A DNA stretch of 64,000 bases from an uncultured Gemmatimonadales bacterium. GTDB lineage: Bacteria > Gemmatimonadota > Gemmatimonadetes > Gemmatimonadales > GWC2-71-9. Below, piece by piece: positions 11,703 to 21,752 of this stretch. Position 1 is the first letter of the stretch. Each line of letters starts with the position of its first letter. Where the stretch lies: positions 384,001-448,000 of the forward strand of contig CAVUAK010000003.1 of NCBI GenBank assembly GCA_963739455.1. Direction: 5' to 3'. Below the pieces are notes generated by a model, which was not told the origin of the DNA, ran no database searches, and worked only from the letters and a program-made list of their open reading frames with translations. A program made the translations under genes and the position numbers.

Positions 11703-11798
11703 AATGTATAATTTTGCATATGTTTGACCAAATGAAGTTCAAATGACAGCCAATTGTGCATTAAAGTATTGACAAAGCTGCATAGATATGCGAGCTTT
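11703..11798. promoter_or_regulatory. AT-rich regulatory region with ARG-box-like palindromes and sigma70 elements
   Basis: TGTATAATTTTGCA (11705-11718) and TGCATAGATATGCG (11779-11792); TATAAT at 11707, TTGACA at 11769. Confidence 0.55.
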
Positions 11799-12051
11799 CG
11801 GAAGCCATGAACATGCTTGATCGCCTCGCCGGTAACGCCGGCCCCAATCGAAACGCACAGCCGCGCCGAAATACCGGTGCGGCGATCGTTGTGTGCCCCG
11901 AGCGGAGCGGCTGAGGCAGCCCAGAACCAGCACGTGTCCTCACGCCCCCGCGCATACCCGTGCAGGGGCGTTTGCATATTTGCCCACCCGCTGAGCTCCC
12001 GCCGCTCGGCGGGCGGGATCACCCGAGGCGAGGAGTCAAGAAGACAACGCC

Positions 12052-13245
12052 ATGGCCCGACGCTTCCGACCAATGCTTCTCGCGCTGACGCTCGCAGGCT
12101 CGTTCACCGGCACCGCTGTGGCGCAGGAGGTCGCCAAGCCTGACAGCGCCAAGTCCGATTCCGTCATCGCCATACCGGGGGAAGCGACGGCTGGTCTCAA
12201 GCTTGGGTCGCTGCCGTTCTACCTCGGCGGCTTTGTCACGTCATCCTTCACCCAGTCGTTCGCCCCGACCGGCAACATCCTGGTGGGCCGGTTCTACAAC
12301 CGGTACCAGTCGCAGTTCATGCTGAATGCGGCGGAGCTGAGCGTCACCAAGCCGGTTGACACCAGCAAGCTCGACGCGGGCGCTCGAGTGGAGTTGCTGT
12401 TCGGCCAGGATGCGGCGGTGACCCAGTCGCAGGGACTGTCGATCGGACCGAACGGCGACCTTACCGAGGGTTACGTCACGCTGAACGTGCCCACCGGCGG
12501 CGCGGATCACTGGGTCCAGTTCAAGGTCGGCAAGATGTGGACGATCATGGGCTACGAGGTCATCGCCGATGTGCTCGATCCCAACGCCGACGTCGGCAAC
12601 CAGTTCGTGTACCTCGAGAACTTCACCAACACCGGCCTGGGTGTCGACTTCAAGTTCGGGCCGAAGGTGGATGCCCAGCTGCGGGTCATGAACGGCTGGG
12701 ACGTGGTGGTGGACAACAACAGCGCCCTCTCCTTCATGGGCCGGGTCGGCCTGACGCCGACGCCGGCAGTGACGATTGGCCTGCTCGGCTACGTGGGCCC
12801 GGAGCAGCCCGACAACAACGACAACCTGCGATATGGCTTCGAGGGGCTGGGCACGTTCAAGGTCGGCGCGAAGACCACGATCGTGGCGCAGTTCGACTAC
12901 GGCGAGGAGCAGGGGCTGCTGGCGAATCCCGACGAGAACGCCAAGTGGTGGGGCGGTGGTCTCTGGTTCGTCCAGGACATCTCGCCGGTCTTCAACCTGG
13001 GCCTGCGGGGCGACTACGTCGATGACAAGAACGGCGTTCGTACGTCCGGGGTGCTGGGCTATCAGGTGGCGGATGCCCGGAAGTTTGGCAGCGTCACCGC
13101 CACCCTCAACATTCACGCGTTCCCCAAGGCCGTCATCCGTCCGGAGTTCCGGCTCGACTTCTCCAGCCTCGATGACTATGGCGAGCTCGACGACCCGACG
13201 AGCACGCAGCCGTCGATCGGCGTCACGGTGACCTACCAGTTCTGA
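12052..13245 (+). CDS. Outer-membrane beta-barrel porin (BBP2/OmpL-like)
   Basis: Signal peptide, GKMWTIMGYE and NGWD motifs, alternating beta-strands, C-terminal YQF. Confidence 0.8.
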   Translation: MARRFRPMLLALTLAGSFTGTAVAQEVAKPDSAKSDSVIAIPGEATAGLKLGSLPFYLGGFVTSSFTQSFAPTGNILVGRFYNRYQSQFMLNAAELSVTKPVDTSKLDAGARVELLFGQDAAVTQSQGLSIGPNGDLTEGYVTLNVPTGGADHWVQFKVGKMWTIMGYEVIADVLDPNADVGNQFVYLENFTNTGLGVDFKFGPKVDAQLRVMNGWDVVVDNNSALSFMGRVGLTPTPAVTIGLLGYVGPEQPDNNDNLRYGFEGLGTFKVGAKTTIVAQFDYGEEQGLLANPDENAKWWGGGLWFVQDISPVFNLGLRGDYVDDKNGVRTSGVLGYQVADARKFGSVTATLNIHAFPKAVIRPEFRLDFSSLDDYGELDDPTSTQPSIGVTVTYQF

Positions 13246-13256
13246 CCTGGAGCCGA

Positions 13257-13284
13257 AGGTGAGCGCCGCGCGCGGCGCTCACCT
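13257..13284. terminator. 28-bp perfect palindrome between convergent genes
   Basis: AGGTGAGCGCCGCG|CGCGGCGCTCACCT. Confidence 0.65.
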
Positions 13285-13299
13285 CGTCGCGGTTCGGCG

Positions 13300-13791
13300 T
13301 CACGGCGTCCCGCCGAGGATCTCGGCGGCCTCCGCATCCATCTGCTTCCGGTGTTCGACGAGGCGCAGCGCGTAGCGCTCGAGCGCCTTCTCGCGTTCCG
13401 TTTCCGGCACCCACTGCGGTACCTGCATCGGCTTGCCATCCACCCCGAGGGCCACGAACACCGCCAGGCAGTATGCACAGCGGTGCGTGTCCCGTTCCCG
13501 TGGGTCACCCGCGAAGATGTCGATGAAGATGTGCATGCTCGAACGCCCGGTGTGAATCACCTGGCTGCGCATGTCCACCGCCGAGCCAACCATGATCGGC
13601 TTGAGGAAGTGCAGTGAGCCGACGTAGACCGTGACGCAGTAGGTGCCGCTCCACTGCGCGGCGCAGGTATAGCCCGCCTGGTCGATCCACTTCATGACCA
13701 TCCCGCCATGCACCTTGCCGCCGAAGTTCACGTGCGACGGTTCGGTGAGGAACCGGAGCAGGCTCTTGCCGGGGCCGCTGTGGTCCTCCAT
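13300..13791 (-). CDS. Acyl-CoA thioesterase (hotdog fold, YciA-like)
   Basis: NFGGKVHGGMVMKWID, TGRSSM. Confidence 0.9.
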   Translation of the reverse strand: MEDHSGPGKSLLRFLTEPSHVNFGGKVHGGMVMKWIDQAGYTCAAQWSGTYCVTVYVGSLHFLKPIMVGSAVDMRSQVIHTGRSSMHIFIDIFAGDPRERDTHRCAYCLAVFVALGVDGKPMQVPQWVPETEREKALERYALRLVEHRKQMDAEAAEILGGTP

Positions 13792-13985
13792 CGGGCGTCC
13801 TTTCGTTGTGGGCCGGGGTGGCACTCTTTGTGCACTTTTGCGACAGGTCGAGGCCCTGTCCGGGCGCTCGTTCAGTGCTCACAGTAGTAGTCCAACTTAG
13901 CGTGGAATCAGCGCTTGGATACCCTCAGCGGGGCGCGGAAACTGGCTGGCAACAGGGGCCCCTCAAGGGCGCTCCCAGTGCTGCC

Positions 13986-15893
13986 ATGCACGATGCAACG
14001 ATGACCGCCCCCTCCGAACTGGGCTCGGTGACCCACGTCACCTGTCCGCGCTGCAGTGGTGAGCGCGGTACGACGTGCGTCTGTACGCCGCATGATCCAC
14101 TGCCTGGTGACGCCGAACTCATTCATGCGCTGAGCGAAGCACTTGGCCCGCAGTATGTCGTGGTCCGTCGCCTGGCCCAGGGCGGCTTCTCCGATGTCTT
14201 CGAGATCTGCGACATCGAGCTGGATCGCCGTCTCGCCGTGAAGGTGTTGCGGCCCGACGTCGCCTGGACCCACGGCATGCGGGCCCGCTTCAAGCAGGAA
14301 GCACGCGCGATCGCCAAGCTCAATCACCAGCACACCGTCCCGATCCACTTCGTTGGCGACAGCGAAGGGCTCGTTTTCTACGTGATGTCCTTCGTCGAGG
14401 GTCCGACCCTCGCCGACCTGCTCCTGGCGCAGGGCCCACTCAATCCGCACACGCTGGTCCCGATGGTGCTGCCGGTCCTCGAGGCGCTCGAGCACGCGCA
14501 TGCCCATGGCATCATTCATCGCGACATCAAGCCCGACAATGTGCTTATCGAGGAAGCGACGGGTCGCCCGCTCCTCCTCGACTTCGGCATTGCCAAGTGC
14601 CTCGACGGCATCTCGACGCACACGCAGGTCGGCTTCGTGGTCGGGACGCCCCTCTACATGAGTCCGGAACAGGCGCTCGGCCGTGACACCGTCGATGCGC
14701 GCGCCGACTTGTACGCGTTCGGCGCGATGCTGTTCCAGTTGCTCACTGGCGCGCCGCCCTACGAGGGCAAGACCTCGCAGGAGATCGTCGGGCGCCACCT
14801 GTCGGAACCGGTTCCCGATGCCTCGGTACGCAACCCGCGCGTCCCGGCGTGGCTCACCCAGGTGATCCGCCGGTGCATGGCCAAGGATCCCGCCGACCGC
14901 TACGCGTCGGCGGGTCACGTCATGGAGGCCCTCCGGGCCGGCCTGGCAAGCATGCCTGCGGCGGCGAACGGCCAGACGCCGTCCAGGAAGCCTTCCAGTC
15001 CGATGGCGTCGTTGCCTGTCGAGCTGGTGAGCGTGAAGCGGCAGCCTCTCGGCCGCCTGGGCCTGCGCAGCCGCGGCAGTGCTGCTTGTCGTTGCTGCTG
15101 CCGCAGCCATGTCGCGCCCGGGCACGCCCGTTACCTATGTCGTTGCCAATCGCCTGCTGAGTCCTGTGTGGGTTACCCTGGCCGATGGTCGCCAGCAGCT
15201 CGTTGATCCGGGTGACAGCCTTCGCCTGCAGTGGCCCGCCGGAAGGGAACTGGTCGCCAACTGGTCGATCGTCCGGCCGGTCTCGGCGAACGGGAAGGCA
15301 CTTGGCGAGGAGCTCAAGGGCTCGTTCAAGGACAGCGATCCCAGCGGCGTGGTACGTCACGCCATCGACGTTTCGGCCGCGGGGAACGAAGTGTACTTCG
15401 CACCGCGCGTCACCAACGCGGCAGGCGTATCACTGCGTGTCGCCGTCGAGTCACGGCCGGGGCAGCAACTCTGCGACTGTGATGTTCCTTCCGACGCGTC
15501 ACCAACCTCGCTCGGCTACTACCGGCTCCTGCCGGGTACCACCGTGCGGGTGCGGGACGCCTCGGGACGCGAGGCGGTGTTCGACGGTCTCGATGCGCGC
15601 CTGCAGGCCGGGTCCGGCCTCGTCGCACTCCGCGTCGAGAAGCGTGACCTGCCGTCCCTTGCGCGCGCACCGGAGCGCAGCACGCCACGCACGCGTTCGA
15701 ACACCTATGCCTCACGCGTGTCGGTCGCGGCGCCGGAGCCGGTGATCGAGAGCCAGTGGCCACCGTCTTACCCGAGCCCGTGGTCGAGGCACCAGCACCC
15801 GAGCCGGTGGTCGAGGCACCGCCGCCTCCGCCGGAGAAGAAGCAGGTACAGCGCAGCACCAGCCCGGTCAGCGGCTTCCTCCCCGCGCGCTGA
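13986..15893 (+). CDS. Membrane Ser/Thr protein kinase 1 (frameshifts ~15060, ~15765)
   Basis: GGFSDVF, AVKVL, HRDIKPDN, DFG, GTPLYMSPEQ; N-terminal CPRC..CVC; TM, extracellular domain and EPVVEAP tail. Confidence 0.88.
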
Positions 15894-15941
15894 AGTCTTC
15901 CGGTCGCCACGCGACCGGAACCTCACTCCCGAGCACAAGCG

Positions 15942-17495
15942 ATGGCTGACGACCAGCCCACCGTGACCCAGACGGTCACCATACCGCAGGCCGGCCCGGT
16001 TACGGACCGGCTCGCGTCGGCGCTGGGTGCGCAGTACGAGTTGCGCGGTCGCGTCGGGTCGGGAGGCTTCGCCGAGGTCTACGAAGTGTTCGACCGGCAG
16101 CTGGAACGGAAGCTCGCCGTGAAGGTGCTGCGACCGGACCTGATCTGGGCCGAGGGCACCCTGGCGCGTTTCCGGGAGGAGGCGCGCGCGATCGCTGCAC
16201 TCGACCATCCCAACATCCTGCCCATTCATTTCGTCGGTGAAGGCCAGGGCCTCGTCTATTACGCGATGCCCTTCGTTGACGGTGAGCCGCTGACGGCAGC
16301 ACTCAAGCGCGAGGGGCCGATGCCGGTGGCTCGCGCGGTGCCGCTCGCCCTTGGGTTGCTGGGCGCGCTGGAACACGCACACGAGTCGGGGCTGGTTCAC
16401 CGCGACATCAAGCCCGACAACATCATGCTCGATACCCGAACGGGCCGGCCGCTGCTGGTGGATTTCGGCATCGCCAAGCGACTTGATGGGAGCGCAGGGA
16501 ACACGCAGGCCGGGTTCGTGGTGGGCACGCCCGCTTACATGAGTCCCGAGCAGGCGATGGGGCATGCTGACCTGGACCGGCGCGCCGATGTCTACTCCTT
16601 CGGGGCGGTCCTGTTCCAGATGCTCACGGGCACCCCGCCTTACGACGGCGAGGATAGCCAGGAAGTAGTCCGGCAGCACCTGTCCGCGCCCGTCCCGGCG
16701 CCGGAATCCCGGAAGGCAGGTATCCCGCACTGGCTTTCCGAGGTCGTAGTGCGGGCGCTGGCGAAGGATCGGGGCCAACGGTTCCAGAATGCCGGAGAGA
16801 TGGCGCAAGCACTGCGCACCGGGGGCGGTGGCACTGCGGCGCCCGGGGAACCGGGTGTGCTCCGTATTGCCCTCGGCGTGGTTGGCGCCGCGCTCCTGCT
16901 CGTCATGGCCCTTGGCTACCTGGCCAATCGCAACGTTCCGTTGCTCATGGTGAACCGGCTGTCCGTGCCGATCGGAGTGGTGGTTGGCAACGAGCCCGAG
17001 CGGCGGGTGCCACCAGGTGACTCGAGCATGATCACGGTGCCGCGCACGCCCTCACTTTCGGTGAGCTGGTATGCCATCGGCCCGCGCTCCGGACGGGGTC
17101 AGGCGGCTGGCAGTGACCTCCAGCGAACGCACACCCTCGATGCGCGCCAGCGCGCGCTCCGGATCGAGGCCCGAGCCGATAGCAGTGCGCCGGCGGTATT
17201 CCTGCCCTACATCACCAACGCGACGGGCCAGCCGCTGACGCTCCGGATCAACGTCGGCTCCGCAGCGGAGGAGTCGTGTCGCTGCAGCGTGCCGCCGGGT
17301 GCGGTTCGTGTGCCGCTCGGCTACTTCCCCCTGTACCGCAACAGCAGCGTTCGCGCGATCCTGCCCAACGGACGGATCGCCACCTTCGAGGGCCTGGGGT
17401 CGCAGGTCAACCGGGTGTCGGGAGTGGTGCGGCTGCGTTTTGACGAAGGGGACTTCAAGGATCCCAAGGCGCTGCAGGGAAGGCTGTCAAAGTAG
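15942..17495 (+). CDS. Membrane Ser/Thr protein kinase 2 (paralog of kinase 1)
   Basis: GSGGFAEV, HRDIKPDN, DFG, GTPAYMSPEQ; TM helix and extracellular domain. Confidence 0.92.
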   Translation: MADDQPTVTQTVTIPQAGPVTDRLASALGAQYELRGRVGSGGFAEVYEVFDRQLERKLAVKVLRPDLIWAEGTLARFREEARAIAALDHPNILPIHFVGEGQGLVYYAMPFVDGEPLTAALKREGPMPVARAVPLALGLLGALEHAHESGLVHRDIKPDNIMLDTRTGRPLLVDFGIAKRLDGSAGNTQAGFVVGTPAYMSPEQAMGHADLDRRADVYSFGAVLFQMLTGTPPYDGEDSQEVVRQHLSAPVPAPESRKAGIPHWLSEVVVRALAKDRGQRFQNAGEMAQALRTGGGGTAAPGEPGVLRIALGVVGAALLLVMALGYLANRNVPLLMVNRLSVPIGVVVGNEPERRVPPGDSSMITVPRTPSLSVSWYAIGPRSGRGQAAGSDLQRTHTLDARQRALRIEARADSSAPAVFLPYITNATGQPLTLRINVGSAAEESCRCSVPPGAVRVPLGYFPLYRNSSVRAILPNGRIATFEGLGSQVNRVSGVVRLRFDEGDFKDPKALQGRLSK

Positions 17496-17526
17496 GGCCC
17501 GCTCACCGCTCACCGCGCACCGCGGG

Positions 17527-18711
17527 TCAGCTCCGCTTCAACCCCAGAATCCCGGCCGGCCCCACCGCATTGTCACCGAATTTCTCTCGCACCTGATCGA
17601 CCGCTCGCGACAACTGCCGGAGCTTCTCTCGTTGCGGGGCCTCGAAGAGGTCTGGTGCCGACGCGCGCGTGAGGTTGGTGGCGCTCACGCCAATCAGCCG
17701 CACCGCACGGTTCCGCTGTCGTACTGCGCTGAATGCGGTCAGGAACAGCGGCCGGACCGCCTCGAAGAGCTCCCGGTCGAGGTCGGTGGCCTCGGGCAGG
17801 GTGGCGCTGCGCGTCACGGTGGTGAAGTCGTCGTGACGCAGCTTGAGCGTGACGGTGCGCGCCATGAGGTGCTCATCGCGCAGCTGTGCCGACACGCGGG
17901 TGACGAACAGCAGCAGCATCGTCTCGAGCTCGTCGGGGTCGCGCACGTCGATACTGAACGTCGTCTCTCGGCTCACCGAGCGCGGCAAGCGATCGCCCCG
18001 CAGCACCGTGCCGCCCCAGCCGTGGGCCCGCAGCTTGAGCGGCCGGGCCTCGTCGCCGATGAGCCGCGCGAGCTGTGCCTCGGGCATCTGCTGCACTTGC
18101 CAGACATCATCCAGCCCAAGCGTGGCAAGGCGCCGCGCCGTGGCTGGACCGATTCCGGGCATCGCGCGGAGTGGCAGGCCGGCGAGAAACCCCTCTTCCC
18201 ATCCGGTGCGTACCTCAGTGATCCCCCGCGGCTTGGCGGCATCGGACGCGAGCTTCGCCACCATCCGGTTGGGGCCGATGCCGATGCTCACGTCGAGCTC
18301 GGCCTCGCGGCGCACGGAATCGCGAATGGATTGAGCCACTGGAAGCAGGGAGACCGGATGCAGGCGCTCGGTGCCGGTGAAGTCGAGATAGCCCTCATCG
18401 AGCCCCGACATGACCACGGTAGGCGAGAATCGCTCGAGGATGGCGCGGACCTGGCGCGAGGCATCACGGTACCAGGCGAACTCGCCAGCGAAGAAGGTGG
18501 CCGCTGGGCAGAGCGCCACCGCGCGGGCAATTGGCATCCCGGCGCGAATGCCGAACTTCCGCGCACCATAGGATGCCGATTGTACGACGCTGCGTGATTC
18601 CCGCCGTCCGCCGACCACGAGCAGGTCGACGGCGCGCAACTCCGGGTTCCGCTGCCGGCACACCTCGACGAAGAACGCGTCGAGATCGACATGCATCAGG
18701 CGTGCGGGCAT
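17527..18711 (-). CDS. dinB: DNA polymerase IV (Y family)
   Basis: HVDLDAFF, SYGARKFGI, GLDEGYLD, KLASDAAKP. Confidence 0.93.
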   Translation of the reverse strand: MPARLMHVDLDAFFVEVCRQRNPELRAVDLLVVGGRRESRSVVQSASYGARKFGIRAGMPIARAVALCPAATFFAGEFAWYRDASRQVRAILERFSPTVVMSGLDEGYLDFTGTERLHPVSLLPVAQSIRDSVRREAELDVSIGIGPNRMVAKLASDAAKPRGITEVRTGWEEGFLAGLPLRAMPGIGPATARRLATLGLDDVWQVQQMPEAQLARLIGDEARPLKLRAHGWGGTVLRGDRLPRSVSRETTFSIDVRDPDELETMLLLFVTRVSAQLRDEHLMARTVTLKLRHDDFTTVTRSATLPEATDLDRELFEAVRPLFLTAFSAVRQRNRAVRLIGVSATNLTRASAPDLFEAPQREKLRQLSRAVDQVREKFGDNAVGPAGILGLKRS

Positions 18712-18717
18712 CGTGAC

Positions 18718-19773
18718 CTACTGCACGTCGATGGCCGCGATCTGCGCGCCCTTGTACTTCGTCGCGCTGTTGGCTCCCACCGGAAAGTTGAGGTTCGCGA
18801 TGTAGAACGTGTTGCCGATGCGCTTGAACTCGGCCGGGAAGTGGAGCACCGCGGCGGTCGGGTCGTGCGCGACGATGGTGACGACACCGTCCGGCGTGAT
18901 ACGTGCGAGCGCGTTGCGGAAGTTGGCGGTGACCCAGATGTCACCGTTCGGCATGACGTTGATGCCGTCCGCGCCGAGGAGCCGTTCGTCCTTGGCGACC
19001 GAGGTGATGGCTCCCAGCTCGTAGCCAGGCTTTACCTCGATGCGGGTGATCTCGCCGGTGCCGGTATTGCCCGTGTACACATTGCCGGCAGAGTCGATGC
19101 CGAGGCCGTTGGTCACGTAGGCGCGTACCGGCATCGTGGTGTCATTCGACACCATGGTGTACCCCTTGGCGAACACTTTTGCCTGCCCGCCATTTGGCCC
19201 AACGTGGTACACCGCATTGGCGTCTCCGCCCGAGATCCAGAGGTGGCCGTTGGCATCGAACGCGAGGCCATTGGCCCCTGCCGCGCCCGATGCGAATGCC
19301 TCCACGTCCTTGCGCGGCTTGAAGTCTGCCTTGCCCAGCTTCGCTGCGTCGATGCGGTAGATGATGCCTGTCTGGGGTGCGGCGACATAGACATTTCCGC
19401 CCGAATCAGTGGCCACCCCGAGAAGGCTCTCACCCGGCTTGGTTGGCAGCTGCCCCACCCGTTCGACCCGCCCGTCCGCCGCGTCCACGCTGTAGACGCC
19501 GCCGTCCTTCCAGTCCGCCACGTACAGCTTTCCGCCATGCGCCGCGACACCCTCGATCCGGGACGGGGCGTCGCCGATCGTGGCGAAGATGCGCGCCTGG
19601 CCCGCCACCGGGGCCGTGGCGCCGTTGCTGACCGCGGCGCTGTCCTGCGCGACTGGCGCAACGGCTGGGGGCGGAGCGGCCGGGCCGAATGCGCTGCGAA
19701 GGAAATAGATCGCGATCGCGGCGGTGGCGGCGCCCGCGACAAGGCCCAGGGTTCGTCGAGAGGATGATGGCAT
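18718..19773 (-). CDS. SMP-30/gluconolactonase-like beta-propeller, membrane anchored
   Basis: Repeats ANGLAFDANG, NGLGIDSAGN, ADGINV; N-terminal TM. Confidence 0.75.
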   Translation of the reverse strand: MPSSSRRTLGLVAGAATAAIAIYFLRSAFGPAAPPPAVAPVAQDSAAVSNGATAPVAGQARIFATIGDAPSRIEGVAAHGGKLYVADWKDGGVYSVDAADGRVERVGQLPTKPGESLLGVATDSGGNVYVAAPQTGIIYRIDAAKLGKADFKPRKDVEAFASGAAGANGLAFDANGHLWISGGDANAVYHVGPNGGQAKVFAKGYTMVSNDTTMPVRAYVTNGLGIDSAGNVYTGNTGTGEITRIEVKPGYELGAITSVAKDERLLGADGINVMPNGDIWVTANFRNALARITPDGVVTIVAHDPTAAVLHFPAEFKRIGNTFYIANLNFPVGANSATKYKGAQIAAIDVQ

Positions 19774-19786
19774 GTGAGGACTGCTC

Positions 19787-20848
19787 CTAGACCAGGTGGA
19801 CGGCGGTTGCCTTCAATCCTAACCACAAGCGGACACCCGCCCGAAGCCCCAGTTCGCTCGCGGTCGCCACCGTAACCGCCGCCACGAGGTCACGCCCCGC
19901 GGCAAGCTGGACCTGCACGACCGGCCCCAGGTGTTCCACCCGCTCGACCACAGCCTCGATTCGGTTGCGGATCGAGGCGGGCAGTGGCTCAGCGCTCAGG
20001 AGCAGGTCTTCTGGACGGATCACCGCATGGGCCGCACCCTCGCGTTCGGCGATGACGTGCAGCTCCAGTGCGCCGCTCGTGAAGCGCGCCGGGAACCGCC
20101 CATCTCCCTCCAGCGGGCCGGTGCGCTCCACCTGCCCGGCAATGACATTGCCGGTGCCGACGAACCGCGCGACAAAGGCAGAGTTGGGGAACCGGAACAC
20201 CTCCTCCGGTCGCCCCTGTTGGACGATGCGCCCGTCGGCCATCACGGCGACCATATCACCAAGGCGCAGTGCGTCATCGAAATCGTGGGTCACCTGCAGC
20301 GTCGTGATGCCCTCGGCTTCATGCAGGGCGCGAAGCTCCCTCCGCAGCAGGGTGCGGGTGGCTGGGTCCACGGCGGCGAACGGCTCGTCCAGCAGCAGCA
20401 CCGACGGTCTTGGCGCGAGCGCCCGCGCTATCGCCACCCGCTGCTGCTCCCCACCGCTCAGGCCATGCACGCTGCGCTCCAGCAGCGTATTGATGCCAAG
20501 CATTCCGGCGAGCGCCTGCACCCGTGACTCGGCGGCGTCACCGGCCGACTGGCCACGCAGGCCATAGGCGATGTTCTCCCGGACCGACAGGTGGGGGAAC
20601 AGGTGATAGTGCTGGTAGACGATGCCGAGCCGGCGCTTTTCCGGGGGCAGGTCGGTGACATCCTCACCATGCGCCCAGACTCGTCCGCCGAGCAACGGGG
20701 TATGGCCTGCGATGGCATCCAGCAGCGTCGTCTTGCCGCTCCCTGTGGGCCCGATGATCAGGGCATAACCACCGGTGGGCACCTCGAAGGTGATATCCGT
20801 CAGGTCGAAGCGTCCGACCCGCAGTCGCAGCCCGTCGAGGCGGATCAC
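19787..20848 (-). CDS. Molybdate/tungstate-type ABC ATPase (ModC/WtpC-like)
   Basis: GPTGSGKT, LSGGEQQ, LLLDEP, C-terminal TOBE-like domain. Confidence 0.85.
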   Translation of the reverse strand: MIRLDGLRLRVGRFDLTDITFEVPTGGYALIIGPTGSGKTTLLDAIAGHTPLLGGRVWAHGEDVTDLPPEKRRLGIVYQHYHLFPHLSVRENIAYGLRGQSAGDAAESRVQALAGMLGINTLLERSVHGLSGGEQQRVAIARALAPRPSVLLLDEPFAAVDPATRTLLRRELRALHEAEGITTLQVTHDFDDALRLGDMVAVMADGRIVQQGRPEEVFRFPNSAFVARFVGTGNVIAGQVERTGPLEGDGRFPARFTSGALELHVIAEREGAAHAVIRPEDLLLSAEPLPASIRNRIEAVVERVEHLGPVVQVQLAAGRDLVAAVTVATASELGLRAGVRLWLGLKATAVHLV

Positions 20849-21666
20849 TGGTGCTCCCTCGGCTCGACCAGGCGCACCAGGGCGAAGACGGCCAGGGCGA
20901 CGATGAGGAGAAGGACCGCCGCGGGGATGGCAGCCGGTAGCCCGTACGCGGTAAATCGGTCGAAGATCAGGATGCTGGCAACCTTCGGGTTGTACGTGAG
21001 GATCACGATCGAGCCGAACTCACTGACGCTCCGCGCCCAGGCGAGGATGCTGCCGGCCAGGATGCCGCGGCCGGCAAGTGGCAGCGTGACGCGTCGGAAA
21101 GACCCCCAGGCGGTATCTCCCAGCGAGCGTGCCACCCGCTCCAGCTTCGGGTCCACGGTCGCAAAGGCCTCGCGCGCGCCGCTCACCAGCAGCGGTGCGG
21201 AGACGAACAACATGCCCGCCACGATCCCGGGCACGTGGCTGACAAACTCGAGTCCTGCCGCCGCGAGCGTGCCGCCCACCAGGGAATGCCGTCCGAGAAA
21301 GAGCAGCAGCGCAATGCCGGCCACGGGGTGCGGCACGACCACCGGCAGGTCCACAATGCCCTGCAGCAGGCGGCGCCCGGGGAAGCGGGCGCGCGCCAGC
21401 AGGAAGCCGAGCGGCACCCCCAGCATGGCTGCGATCGCCGTCGCCGCGGTGGCGCAGAGTACGGTCAGCACGATCGACGCTTGCAGCTCGGGGTCGGCGA
21501 GCGCCCGACCGAGGCCCTCGGGCGACGCCATGAACAGGAGGCGCACCAGGGGGCCCACGATGAACAGGATCAGGATCGAGCCGAGCAGTGCGAGCACGAG
21601 TCGCGGCGCGGTGAGGCGGGTAGGGGTCAGGGGTGGCTCCGGCAATTCGGGTAGGTCCGTCGCCAA
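20845..21666 (-). CDS. Molybdate/tungstate ABC permease (ModB/WtpB-like); start uncertain
   Basis: VDLPVVVPHPVAGIALL, WARSVSEFG, YNPKVASILI. Confidence 0.85.
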   Translation of the reverse strand: MATDLPELPEPPLTPTRLTAPRLVLALLGSILILFIVGPLVRLLFMASPEGLGRALADPELQASIVLTVLCATAATAIAAMLGVPLGFLLARARFPGRRLLQGIVDLPVVVPHPVAGIALLLFLGRHSLVGGTLAAAGLEFVSHVPGIVAGMLFVSAPLLVSGAREAFATVDPKLERVARSLGDTAWGSFRRVTLPLAGRGILAGSILAWARSVSEFGSIVILTYNPKVASILIFDRFTAYGLPAAIPAAVLLLIVALAVFALVRLVEPREHQ

Positions 21667-21752
21667 CCGGCGGGCATGAGGGGAACCTATATTCGGTCAG
21701 GCCGGTGCGCCCGTTCCTGCCGGCACGGACCCTAGTCGAGGAGCATTGCCCG

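Noticed and set aside
11690..11800. AT-rich patch as horizontally acquired DNA
   Set aside because: Only ~110 bp, explained by promoter and operator elements, with no mobility genes.
11800..12051. Possible riboswitch before the porin
   Set aside because: Only small GC hairpins. I recognise no aptamer consensus or U-tailed terminator; an Rfam scan would be needed.
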